DNA of 32,000 nt, taken from contig OY781039.1 of the NCBI GenBank assembly GCA_963676105.1, positions 1,050,001 to 1,082,000 of the forward strand, given 5' to 3'. The notes below the pieces were generated by a model. That model did not search any database and was not told the origin of the DNA. It saw only the letters and a list, made by a program, of their open reading frames with translations. The stretch is from Erysipelotrichaceae bacterium (GTDB lineage Bacteria > Bacillota_I > Bacilli_A > Erysipelotrichales > Erysipelotrichaceae). Shown here one piece after another: positions 8,725 through 16,711 of the stretch. The translations under genes and the position numbers were made by a program. The first letter of the stretch is position 1. Each line of letters begins with the position of its first letter.

Positions 8725-10005
8725 CTATTCAGCTGCGCCTTGTTCTTCAGCGTATTTAGCTTTATCCCAAGCAGCGATGAATGGGAAGTAGATTAAACCA
8801 GTAGTAACGAATGTTACTAATTGAAGAAGAACGACACGTACATCACCGTTACCGATATAGAAACCAGAAACGATAATTGGAGTTGTCCAAGGAGCTGCAA
8901 GACCTGGTAGACGACCTACTAGACCTGAAGCAATAGCTAAGTATGAAATTAAGATAGAACTTAATGGAGCTAAGAAGAATGGAATCATCATCATTGGGTT
9001 CATGATAATAGGTAAACCGAATGTGACAGTTTCATTGATATTGAATAGACCAGGACCCATTGATAGACGTCCGATATATTTAATTTGATCTGATTTTGCT
9101 AAGAAAGTCATGATGAATACAAGTGATAAAGTAGCACCTGAACCACCATTACGTACTAAGTTAGCCATAAATTCGTTAGTAACGATATAAGGTAGAGCTT
9201 CACCAGCTTGAGAAGCAGCTAAGTTTGATAATGTAGCAGCTTGCCAGATTGGTGTGAATACAGAACCAACAACGTTAGCACCGTGGATACCAACAAACCA
9301 GAATAATTGAACAAAGAATTCAGCCATTAATGTTCCAAATAAACCAGTTCCTAAAGCAAGAAGTGGTGTTTGTAGAACTTGCATGATGAAGTCTGAGTAA
9401 GTAACATAGCTTGTTTGCATGAAGATGAAACGTACAACAGTCCAGAATACGATAGCGATAGCAGCAGGTGTTAACGCTTGGAATTGGTTAGAAATTGCAG
9501 GTGGAACTTGTTCAGGAAGTTTGATAGTCCAACCTTGCTCTAAAACAAAGTCATAAATAATTGCAGTGACAATAGCAACTGTCATACCAGCAAATAGACC
9601 TTGAGCACCTAAGAATGTAGTAGCATAGCCACCAGCTTCTTGTTGGTGTAATAAAATAAAGAAACCTGATAAAGAAATCATAGCTGCAGGTAAAGCAGGT
9701 TTACCTTTATGTGTAGTGAATGCATAAGAAACACCGATTGTAGCAACAACAGCAACCATACCCATAGTTGAAGCGTAGATAACACCCCAGTTGAACCATT
9801 TCCAGTTTTCACCAAAAATAGATAACATCATGTTTTGATAAGCATCAACAGGTAATTCAGCAACAACGATAACCATTGATCCAACGATCATAAGTGGTAA
9901 AGAAGCAACTAACCCATCACGGAGTGATCCGAGAAAAATGTTTTGTTGGAGTTTAGCTGCAATAGGAAGAAATTTTTCTTCTAATAAACGTGTAAAACCA
10001 TCCAT
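8725..10005 (-). CDS. PTS EIIC component, lactose/cellobiose/chitobiose (Lac) family; no EIIA/EIIB adjacent
   Basis: 426-aa polytopic membrane ORF. The N-terminus MDGFTRLLEEKFLPIAAKLQQNIFLGSLRDG and the motifs GIHG and NEPITFG-like (NETVTFGLPIIMNP) are typical of Lac-family EIIC. Confidence 0.85.
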   Translation of the reverse strand: MDGFTRLLEEKFLPIAAKLQQNIFLGSLRDGLVASLPLMIVGSMVIVVAELPVDAYQNMMLSIFGENWKWFNWGVIYASTMGMVAVVATIGVSYAFTTHKGKPALPAAMISLSGFFILLHQQEAGGYATTFLGAQGLFAGMTVAIVTAIIYDFVLEQGWTIKLPEQVPPAISNQFQALTPAAIAIVFWTVVRFIFMQTSYVTYSDFIMQVLQTPLLALGTGLFGTLMAEFFVQLFWFVGIHGANVVGSVFTPIWQAATLSNLAASQAGEALPYIVTNEFMANLVRNGGSGATLSLVFIMTFLAKSDQIKYIGRLSMGPGLFNINETVTFGLPIIMNPMMMIPFFLAPLSSILISYLAIASGLVGRLPGLAAPWTTPIIVSGFYIGNGDVRVVLLQLVTFVTTGLIYFPFIAAWDKAKYAEEQGAAE

Positions 10006-10033
10006 AATTTTTGAAATTCCCCTTTCGGAATAT

Positions 10034-10150
10034 GCTTAAGGAAAGAAAAGAAATGCGTTTATGAAGTTTAGAGTGAAATCACACTGGGCAAGTGAGTTAA
10101 AAGTTGATTTTAGTTTTCACGCTTTTCAAGAAGCATTTCTAGTCCTTAAG
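10034..10150 (-). promoter_or_regulatory. Structured 5-prime leader of the first EIIC gene (bipartite long-range stem)
   Basis: On the minus-strand RNA, CUUAAGGA-CU-AGAAAUGC (10150-10133) can pair with GCAUUUCU-UUUCUU-UCCUUAAG (10056-10035). That gives two 8-bp helices enclosing about 76 nt. A further hairpin AUUCC/GGAAU (10012-10030) covers the G-rich stretch before the ATG. Confidence 0.35.
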
Positions 10151-10159
10151 ACCAAGGTC

Positions 10160-10188
10160 ATCATAAAATGTAAAACGCTTACATACAA
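10160..10188 (-). promoter_or_regulatory. Candidate promoter of the first EIIC gene with a palindrome in its spacer
   Basis: On the minus strand: -35 TTGTAT (10188-10183), a 17-nt spacer, and -10 TATGAT (10165-10160). The 17-bp palindrome ATGTAAGCGTTTTACAT (10168-10184) fills the spacer. Confidence 0.45.
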
Positions 10189-10258
10189 GTACGTAAACGT
10201 CTTTTGATACAATATTTCACACATTTTCACACATTGTGTGTATTTTTGGTATTTTGTA

Positions 10259-10732
10259 TTATTTGTTAATTATTGAATTCGTCCACTCAACTAACTGATC
10301 ATCAATATCCGAATCCACTCTTAATGTTATACCTTTAAGTACTGTTGAATACGGGAAATATGGCTTAATAGCGGTACTTTTCTTATGAGACCGTGCACCT
10401 TCATGGGTGCAAAAAGCTGCCACTTTCTTATCAACAAGTCTCAATTGCCCAACTAAATATTTCAATGGTTCAGGAATTCCTTCCCACCAATTAGGATAAC
10501 CAAATAAAACAATATCAAAAGCTGATACATCTGGTATCCCCTCTTTATTAATAGGATGCGGGTCTTCTAGGCTCTCTTTCTCGATGACATTAATCGGAAT
10601 ACGTGTTGTGTTGGGATAACCTTTACTTGGGTTCACCTCAAAAAGCACACCATGTGTGAGCTTCTTGATTTTTTGGGCTACACCTTTTGTGCTACCCGAG
10701 TGACATAAGTAAAATATCGCAACTTTTTTCAT
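10259..10732 (-). CDS. Flavodoxin-like protein
   Basis: 157-aa ORF. It starts MKKVAIFYLCHSGSTKGVA and contains GYPNWWEGIPEP and FCTHEG, characteristic of the short flavodoxin_4-type family. Confidence 0.7.
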   Translation of the reverse strand: MKKVAIFYLCHSGSTKGVAQKIKKLTHGVLFEVNPSKGYPNTTRIPINVIEKESLEDPHPINKEGIPDVSAFDIVLFGYPNWWEGIPEPLKYLVGQLRLVDKKVAAFCTHEGARSHKKSTAIKPYFPYSTVLKGITLRVDSDIDDQLVEWTNSIINK

Positions 10733-10779
10733 ATCTTCTATTGTACGTGAAAACTTAGATTATTTTCACTAAATTTGCA

Positions 10780-11709
10780 TTATTCGTATAATGCAGTTGA
10801 TAAATAACGTTCTCCATTATCAGGTAATAGCACACATACTTTTTTGCCTGCATTTTCAATTCTTGATCCATATTCAATTGCCGCATTTAAAGCTGCACCT
10901 GAAGAGATACCAATCAAAAAGCCTTCCGTTGTGGCGCATAGTCTTGCTTTGTCAAACGCATTTTCAAGTTCTACAGTTAGTACTTCATCATAGACATTTG
11001 TATTTAAAGTGTTAGGTACAAAACCTGCTCCAATACCCGCAATCTTGTGTGGTCCCGCTGTACCTTTTGTTAAAACTGGTGAATCAATGGGTTCAACAGC
11101 CACAACCTTAATTCCTTCAATTTTTTCTTTTAAATATTTTCCTGTACCACTAATGGTTCCGCCTGTTCCAACACCTGCCACAAATGCGTCTAATTTTCCA
11201 TCAAAAGCTTCAACAATTTCTGGACCTGTTGTTTTGTAATGTGTATTTGGATTCGCTTCATTTTCAAATTGTGAAGGCATAAAGCTATTAGGGATATCTT
11301 TTAAAAGTTCAGCAGCTTTCGCATTAGCACCTTTCATACCCTTTGCGGCTTCCGTTAAAATGAGTTCTGCGCCATAAGCTTTCATAAGTTTACGACGTTC
11401 AATCGGCATACTTTCAGGCATCGTTAAATAAACTTTATAACCTTTAACAGCAGCCACAGAGCATAGTCCTATCCCAGTATTACCTGAAGTTGATTCAACA
11501 ATGGTTGCGCCAGGTTTTAGTAAACCTTTGCTTTCGGCGTCTTCGATCATCGCAAGCGCAATACGATCTTTAACACTACCTGCTGGATTAAAATATTCGA
11601 CTTTGGCATATAATTCAAAGTTTAAATTTAGTTTCTGTTCTAGTCTTGATAGACGAATAACAGGTGTATTCCCTACCAATTCTAATGATGAATTAAGTAT
11701 TTTTGACAT
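10780..11709 (-). CDS. cysK: Cysteine synthase A (O-acetylserine sulfhydrylase)
   Basis: 309-aa ORF with GNTPVIRL, the PLP-lysine context [20 protein letters not shown] and [17 protein letters not shown] lies upstream. Confidence 0.9.
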   Translation of the reverse strand: MSKILNSSLELVGNTPVIRLSRLEQKLNLNFELYAKVEYFNPAGSVKDRIALAMIEDAESKGLLKPGATIVESTSGNTGIGLCSVAAVKGYKVYLTMPESMPIERRKLMKAYGAELILTEAAKGMKGANAKAAELLKDIPNSFMPSQFENEANPNTHYKTTGPEIVEAFDGKLDAFVAGVGTGGTISGTGKYLKEKIEGIKVVAVEPIDSPVLTKGTAGPHKIAGIGAGFVPNTLNTNVYDEVLTVELENAFDKARLCATTEGFLIGISSGAALNAAIEYGSRIENAGKKVCVLLPDNGERYLSTALYE

Positions 11710-11732
11710 AGGATTCTCCTTTACCTACTGAT

Positions 11733-11761
11733 ATTATAGGTAAGTATAATTATTTATGCAA
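11733..11761 (-). promoter_or_regulatory. Candidate sigma-A promoter of cysK
   Basis: On the minus strand: -35 TTGCAT (11761-11756), an exact 17-nt spacer, and -10 TATAAT (11738-11733). The inverted repeat TACCTA-N9-TAGGTA (11722-11742) spans the -10 box. Confidence 0.5.
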
Positions 11762-11781
11762 GTAAAGTTATTTTATCACAT

Positions 11782-11811
11782 AAAAAAGCTACTGATTTAA
11801 ACCAATAGCTT
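11782..11811 (-). terminator. Intrinsic terminator of the EIIC-sulfatase operon
   Basis: The minus strand reads AAGCTATTGG-TTTAAA-TCAGTAGCTT (10 bp including G-U pairs) followed by TTTTTT, 8 nt after the sulfatase stop. Confidence 0.6.
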
Positions 11812-11819
11812 GATTTTAT

Positions 11820-13295
11820 TTATCGTTTATCACGCTTATTAGGGACGAAGTCACCGGTTTCAATGAGTCTATAAAGTAGTTTAGATCTCATCAGTTCAAT
11901 TTGATCGTGATACTCTGGATTATCAATTGCGTTATTGAGTTCTAGAGGATCTTTATCTAGATTATAGAATTCATGTTTTTCATATAAGCGATAGGTATAC
12001 TTGAAGTTTTTCATACGCACCATAATCGCTTTAGTATGTTCAGGACCTTCAGATCCTTGCGTTGATAGTCTTGGCCAATAAGGTGACTCTGGTCCATGAC
12101 CGATTTCCATTGCTTGAGTCTCACCATGAATTCGCCCACCTTCACATAAAATCATTTCTTTATGTTCAGGTGCACCAGCAATCGCTTCAACTAAAGATTT
12201 ACCAAATTGTGTATATGGTAATTCAACACCGCTCATTTCAGAAACCGTTGCACTTAAATCTGCAAGTTCAACTAAAGCTTTGGATGTGCCTGCTTTGACC
12301 TTAAAGTCTTTGGATGGTTTTACAATAAGGGGAACATTACAGACGGGATCATCAAAGAGGTTTTGTGCTTTTTCAGCGACCCCATAATCAGTCGTGTAAT
12401 CACCGTGATCACTGAACGAGAATACGGATGTATCGTCATAGAAACCATGTTCTTTTAGTTTATCCATAAGTTGTCCAAACTGTTCATCGAAACGCATTGT
12501 CATCGCTAAGTAGGTTGCGCGTAGTTCAGTGAACCACTCTTCATCAAAAGCTTCTTCTAAACCTTGTTTATCAACAATACTTGTCATCATCGATGGTTTG
12601 CCCTTTAAGGTTCTCGCATCAGGTCGACGTGGTTCTAACTTGCTTCTATCAATAGCTGAGTAATAAGGCTCTTCACATTGATAAGGAGGATGAGGATACA
12701 TCAAGGTTACATATAAGAAGAAAGGTTTATCATTCCCTGATAGTGCTTTTCGATCTAAATAATCTAAGGCAGATTTCAAGCAATTCTTATCCATCATCGA
12801 GAAGCGATCATCACCGTCAACTTTTCCAACATAGAAGGAATAAAGTTCAGGTGAAGGAATCACATCACCATGATCATGAGATTGAAAACCTGCACCTTTT
12901 TTAGGTGGTTCGACTTGATTTTCAAAGCTAGCTCCACTGTAATATTCATCACAATAAGCTGCCTTTGATTGATCAGCTGGAATCACATCATTACGTCCAA
13001 TCCAGATAACTTCATAACCTGAATCTTTCATAACCTTCATGATATTTGGATCATCTTGAGCTGTCAGATAATGCATAGTTCTGTGACCTCTAGTATGAGG
13101 ATAAAGACCAGACAAGAAACTATGACGAGAAGGGACACAGACTGGGTTTTGACAATAAGCATTCTCAAATGAGATCGCATCACTTTCTACGATTGAATCG
13201 AAATTGGGTGTGAGTGATGCAGGATTTCCGAAGTGATGTAGAGTATCACGACGCATTTGATCAGCTACAAAATATACAATGTTGGGTTGAGTCAT
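11820..13295 (-). CDS. Cys-type sulfatase (formylglycine-dependent), no signal peptide
   Basis: 491-aa ORF. It starts directly with the catalytic-domain strand NIVYFVADQMRRD. The sulfatase signature C-x-P-x-R is present as CVPSRHSFLSG. SD GAAGGGGG lies upstream, and the start is 27 nt downstream of the EIIC gene. Confidence 0.85.
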   Translation of the reverse strand: MTQPNIVYFVADQMRRDTLHHFGNPASLTPNFDSIVESDAISFENAYCQNPVCVPSRHSFLSGLYPHTRGHRTMHYLTAQDDPNIMKVMKDSGYEVIWIGRNDVIPADQSKAAYCDEYYSGASFENQVEPPKKGAGFQSHDHGDVIPSPELYSFYVGKVDGDDRFSMMDKNCLKSALDYLDRKALSGNDKPFFLYVTLMYPHPPYQCEEPYYSAIDRSKLEPRRPDARTLKGKPSMMTSIVDKQGLEEAFDEEWFTELRATYLAMTMRFDEQFGQLMDKLKEHGFYDDTSVFSFSDHGDYTTDYGVAEKAQNLFDDPVCNVPLIVKPSKDFKVKAGTSKALVELADLSATVSEMSGVELPYTQFGKSLVEAIAGAPEHKEMILCEGGRIHGETQAMEIGHGPESPYWPRLSTQGSEGPEHTKAIMVRMKNFKYTYRLYEKHEFYNLDKDPLELNNAIDNPEYHDQIELMRSKLLYRLIETGDFVPNKRDKR

Positions 13296-13322
13296 AATGC
13301 CCCCTTCTTTCTAATATAAAAT

Positions 13323-14621
13323 TTATTGATTATTTTCTTCAGCAAGAGCTTTGTTGTCTAATAACTTCGCAAATGGGAAGTACATGAAGAAACTTACCGC
13401 AATGAGTCCTACTTGAACTAATGCAGTTAACCATCCACCTGTGATAAAGGCCGAGAAAACAAGTGGTGTACCTGTAGGAATGTTTGTTCCATTTAAGTAT
13501 GGTAGGAAACCAACGACACGCAATACATATGAGATAGTCCAAACAGTTAATGGCGTTAGGAAGAATGGAATCATTAAGATTGGATTCATAACAACAGGTG
13601 ATCCAAAAGTAATAGGTTCATTAATACCCACTAAACTTGCAGGAAGAGCAATACGTCCTAAAGTCTTATAACGTTCAGATTTCGCAAAGAAAGCATAGAA
13701 GAGCGCTAAACCAATCGTAGCGCCACCACCGCCAATCATCCCGAATACAAACCAGTCAGTTTGAGTGATGATGTGAGGTAATGTTTGACCTGCATCTAAA
13801 GCCGCTAAGTTTTCCAAAGCTAAAGGTAAATACATTGTATTTAAGATTGGCATAACGACTAGTCCACCATGAATTCCGAAGAACCAAAAGAGTGAAACTA
13901 AGAATAAGAACAACATAAATGTGAACGGTGAAGCAGCTAAAGATCTTAAAGGTGTTTGGAACCATGCATAAATCATTGAGTTAATATCACCATAAGATGT
14001 AAAACTAATACCATAACGTAAAGCCGCAAATACAATAATCGTAATAAAAGCAGGAATTAAACTTGAGAAAGAATCTGTAACCATTGGTGGAACACCTTCT
14101 GGCATTTTGAAAGTCCAACCTGCCTTAATCACTGCTGTATAAATACGTGGAGCGATTAATGCAAAGATAATCCCTGAGAACAATCCAATTGCACCTAAAT
14201 TTCGCGTGCCAATTGCACCAGCAATTGTGACTACATCACCAGCTGCGGAAGTGCCACTAACACCAAATGGAATCATCATGAAGAATATCGCAACTGTGAT
14301 AACACCCACAGCTGCAGCTTGTTTTTCGTATCCTAATTTCTCAGTTAACGATTTTGAAATCGCGAATGTGCCATAAACAGCTAACATTCCGGTTGTAACT
14401 GAAGGAATAAAACCAAAGACTGTTTTTAAACCAGTCGCTGCAATAAAACTTTGATAAGCATCTACTTGAAATGAACCAAGCAGTGTAAAGATTGCCCCTA
14501 AAATGGTAATAGGCAGAATAAGCATAAATCCAGCTTGTACTGATTGTAGCGATTTATTTTGAGCTAGCTTATCAGCAACAGGAACGATTTTAGCTTCTAA
14601 AAAAGCAGTAAAATTATCCAT
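13323..14621 (-). CDS. PTS EIIC component, Lac/cellobiose family; first gene of the EIIC-sulfatase operon
   Basis: 432-aa polytopic membrane ORF, paralogous to 8725-10005 (MDNFTAFLEAKIVPVADKLAQN..., GIHG, NEPITFGSPVVMNP). SD AAAGGAG lies upstream. Confidence 0.85.
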   Translation of the reverse strand: MDNFTAFLEAKIVPVADKLAQNKSLQSVQAGFMLILPITILGAIFTLLGSFQVDAYQSFIAATGLKTVFGFIPSVTTGMLAVYGTFAISKSLTEKLGYEKQAAAVGVITVAIFFMMIPFGVSGTSAAGDVVTIAGAIGTRNLGAIGLFSGIIFALIAPRIYTAVIKAGWTFKMPEGVPPMVTDSFSSLIPAFITIIVFAALRYGISFTSYGDINSMIYAWFQTPLRSLAASPFTFMLFLFLVSLFWFFGIHGGLVVMPILNTMYLPLALENLAALDAGQTLPHIITQTDWFVFGMIGGGGATIGLALFYAFFAKSERYKTLGRIALPASLVGINEPITFGSPVVMNPILMIPFFLTPLTVWTISYVLRVVGFLPYLNGTNIPTGTPLVFSAFITGGWLTALVQVGLIAVSFFMYFPFAKLLDNKALAEENNQ

Positions 14622-14664
14622 TAAAAATCTCCTTTTTGTTGTTTGAGTTAAAGAACGAATGTTT

Positions 14665-14678
14665 TGGTACCGTTTTCA
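14665..14678 (-). promoter_or_regulatory. Candidate cre (CcpA) site in the leader of the EIIC-sulfatase operon
   Basis: The minus strand reads A-TGAAAACGGTACCA-A. It fits the degenerate cre consensus WTGNAANCGNWNNCW at every constrained position, and fits TGWAANCGNTNWCA at 13 of 14. It lies between the candidate -10 box and the SD. Confidence 0.5.
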
Positions 14679-14688
14679 TTCTGACCAT

Positions 14689-14717
14689 AGTAAACCAAAA
14701 TTTATTTCATTTGTCAA
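14689..14717 (-). promoter_or_regulatory. Candidate promoter of the EIIC-sulfatase operon
   Basis: On the minus strand: -35 TTGACA (14717-14712), a 17-nt spacer, and a TGg-extended -10 TTTACT (14694-14689). Confidence 0.4.
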
Positions 14718-14756
14718 TATTTTTTGAAATATTTTTTATTTATGAAATTTATTTCA
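14698..14756. repeat. Two direct copies of a 12-nt AT-rich motif (plus strand AAATTTATTTCA) in the rpiR / EIIC divergent region; candidate operator
   Basis: Copies are at 14698-14709 (inside the candidate promoter spacer) and 14745-14756. The second copy extends to the 14-bp inverted repeat TGAAAT-TT-ATTTCA (14743-14756). Confidence 0.45.
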
Positions 14757-14799
14757 AAATTAAAATCACCATTTAAGTAATAAATGTTATTATAAATAT

Positions 14800-15570
14800 A
14801 TGGTATTACCTCCTCTTGAAGCCTTGGCAGCCCATATGCCAACACTCACTAAAACCGAACGAGCTATCGCAGAATTTATCCTTAACGATCCTGTCACTGC
14901 TTATCAATCAGACACAGACTTCTTAGCGAAAGAAACAGGCGCATCAAAAGCAGCCTTTATTCGTTTATGTCAAAAGATTGGTTATAAAGGTTATTCAGAA
15001 TTTAGGTTCGCATTATCACGTTCTATGATTTCAAATACGCCTGATTTTGTTTCGAGTGATGATCCTATATTAAAAATAACGTATACTTACTCAAAACTTA
15101 TTAATCAAATTCAAGATACTGTAAATTTAAAAGCGATTGAAGAACTTGCTGATCATATTATTAAATCAAGACGACTTAAAATATTTGGTTCTAATCGAAC
15201 ATTTTTAAGTGCTCAACAATTACGAATGCGTCTAGGTAAGATTGGAATTGACGCAGAAGCTATAGGCGATGAAATATCCATGCGTGATATTTCTGAACTA
15301 TTAACAGAAGAAGACTATATGATTCTTTTCTCAATTAAAGGCATGGAACACTATATTCCAGTCATTAATTTAGCTAAACTAAACAATTGCCCTGTCACAC
15401 TCTTAACCATGACTGCAGGCAATAAACTTGAAAGCATTGTAGATCAACAAATCTTGTTGCCGATTGCTTCACGTTTAACAACTTCGTCATTTTTAGATGA
15501 TCAAATTATCTATTTTGTATTCATTGAAATATTGTTAACGATATTATCTAAAAAATTATCAGAAAGCTAA
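14800..15570 (+). CDS. RpiR-family transcriptional regulator (HTH_6 + SIS)
   Basis: 256-aa ORF with LTKTERAIAEFILNDP...LAKETGASKAAFIRLCQKIGYKGYSEFRFAL. It is divergent from the EIIC-sulfatase operon. No SD is visible, and the start could also be M13. Confidence 0.8.
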   Translation: MVLPPLEALAAHMPTLTKTERAIAEFILNDPVTAYQSDTDFLAKETGASKAAFIRLCQKIGYKGYSEFRFALSRSMISNTPDFVSSDDPILKITYTYSKLINQIQDTVNLKAIEELADHIIKSRRLKIFGSNRTFLSAQQLRMRLGKIGIDAEAIGDEISMRDISELLTEEDYMILFSIKGMEHYIPVINLAKLNNCPVTLLTMTAGNKLESIVDQQILLPIASRLTTSSFLDDQIIYFVFIEILLTILSKKLSES

Positions 15571-15597
15571 AAATGGGAACTAAATTCCCATTTTTTA
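15569..15597. terminator. Bidirectional terminator between convergent rpiR (second copy) and anSME
   Basis: AATGGGAA-CTAAA-TTCCCATT is flanked by an A-run on one side and a T-run on the other. Confidence 0.7.
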
Positions 15598-16686
15598 TAA
15601 TTTGTTCGCTATTTCCATCATAGTCTGATGCGCATGTTCCAAAAATTCTTGATAGCCACAATAGCCTTCGTCATCAAAGTAAACAATATTCATCCGCTTA
15701 CAATTCCCATGACAAATATTTTTAAACTTACAAGACTCACAAGCTGTACTCATACGTTTATCTTCTTTTAAGAAGTCATGTAAGACTGTATTCTTCCATA
15801 AATGAGCTAATGAATCACTTGTGATATTACCCATCTTATATTGATCCAAGACATAGAAATCGCATGGAAACACATCCCCATTTGATTCAATCACCATTTG
15901 TGCTGAACAATAGCCTAACATACCACACATTTGCGGACGAACACCTATAAACATTGGAATGATGTTATCAAAGAGACCAACAGACATATAATGGTTATTT
16001 TGATATTCCTTTAGCCAAAGATCATAAAAAACTTTATAAAAGGAAGCAAATGACTTTGGTGTTAATGCAGCACTATTATCTTTTAAATCAAAATCAGGTA
16101 AACATGGGATTAATTGAACATGATCGAACTTTTCTTTTAAATAAAAATCAAAGAGTTCTTGAGGATGTTGAGCTAAACCTTCTGTTAATACTGTCAAAAC
16201 ATTAAAATCTATGTTGTTATCTCTAAGTAGTTGAATACCCTTCATCACTTGATTAAAGGTTTGGCCATCTTTTGAAAGTCGGTATTTATTATGATTTGTT
16301 GAATAACCATCTAAACTAATTCCTACTAAGAATTGATTGTCTTTAAAGATTTTTATCCACTTATCATTCAACAAGGTGCCATTGGTTTGAATGGCATACA
16401 AGATTTCTTGTTTGTCTTTTTTGAGCTTATTCACTTTATCTATAAAATAATCAAAATAATCTGTACCTGCTAAAGTAGGCTCCCCCCCTTGAAAGGCAAA
16501 GGTAATTTGAGACCCATTTTCGACAGCTAAGGTTTTTTCTAATAACTTATCAACTGTTTCATATTTCATATTTCCAAATGAAAATTCTTGCCTATGATCT
16601 GCCACATCATTGTAGAAACAATAAGTGCATTTTAGATTACACGCTGCTGATGCTGGTTTAATTAAATAACTATATGCTTGTGCCAT
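15595..16686 (-). CDS. Anaerobic sulfatase-maturating enzyme (radical SAM / SPASM)
   Basis: 363-aa ORF. The radical-SAM cluster motif CNLKCTYC is near the N-terminus. It also has the GGEPTL motif and a Cys-rich C-terminal SPASM region (CDFY..., CESCKFKNICHGNC). Confidence 0.85.
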   Translation of the reverse strand: MAQAYSYLIKPASAACNLKCTYCFYNDVADHRQEFSFGNMKYETVDKLLEKTLAVENGSQITFAFQGGEPTLAGTDYFDYFIDKVNKLKKDKQEILYAIQTNGTLLNDKWIKIFKDNQFLVGISLDGYSTNHNKYRLSKDGQTFNQVMKGIQLLRDNNIDFNVLTVLTEGLAQHPQELFDFYLKEKFDHVQLIPCLPDFDLKDNSAALTPKSFASFYKVFYDLWLKEYQNNHYMSVGLFDNIIPMFIGVRPQMCGMLGYCSAQMVIESNGDVFPCDFYVLDQYKMGNITSDSLAHLWKNTVLHDFLKEDKRMSTACESCKFKNICHGNCKRMNIVYFDDEGYCGYQEFLEHAHQTMMEIANKL

Positions 16687-16711
16687 GAAAATATCTTAGC
16701 ATACATCCTGT

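Noticed and set aside
10168-10184. The palindrome ATGTAAGCGTTTTACAT as a canonical cre (CcpA) site.
   Set aside because: The half-sites TGTAA/TTACA are separated by 5 nt instead of 4, so neither strand satisfies the WTGNAANCGNWNNCW register at the 3-prime end. I keep it only as a generic operator candidate.
10747-10770. The hairpin GTGAAAA-N8-TTTTCAC between cysK and the flavodoxin-like gene as an intrinsic terminator.
   Set aside because: On the transcribed (minus) strand it is not followed by a U-run, and the downstream gene starts about 14 nt later. It is more likely a processing or stability element, or nothing.
10259-13295. A functional link between sulfatase, cysK and flavodoxin, with released sulfate feeding cysteine synthesis.
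   Set aside because: CysK uses sulfide, not sulfate, and no sulfate-activation or reduction genes are present. cysK has its own near-consensus promoter, and a terminator separates it from the sulfatase operon. The adjacency is probably coincidental.
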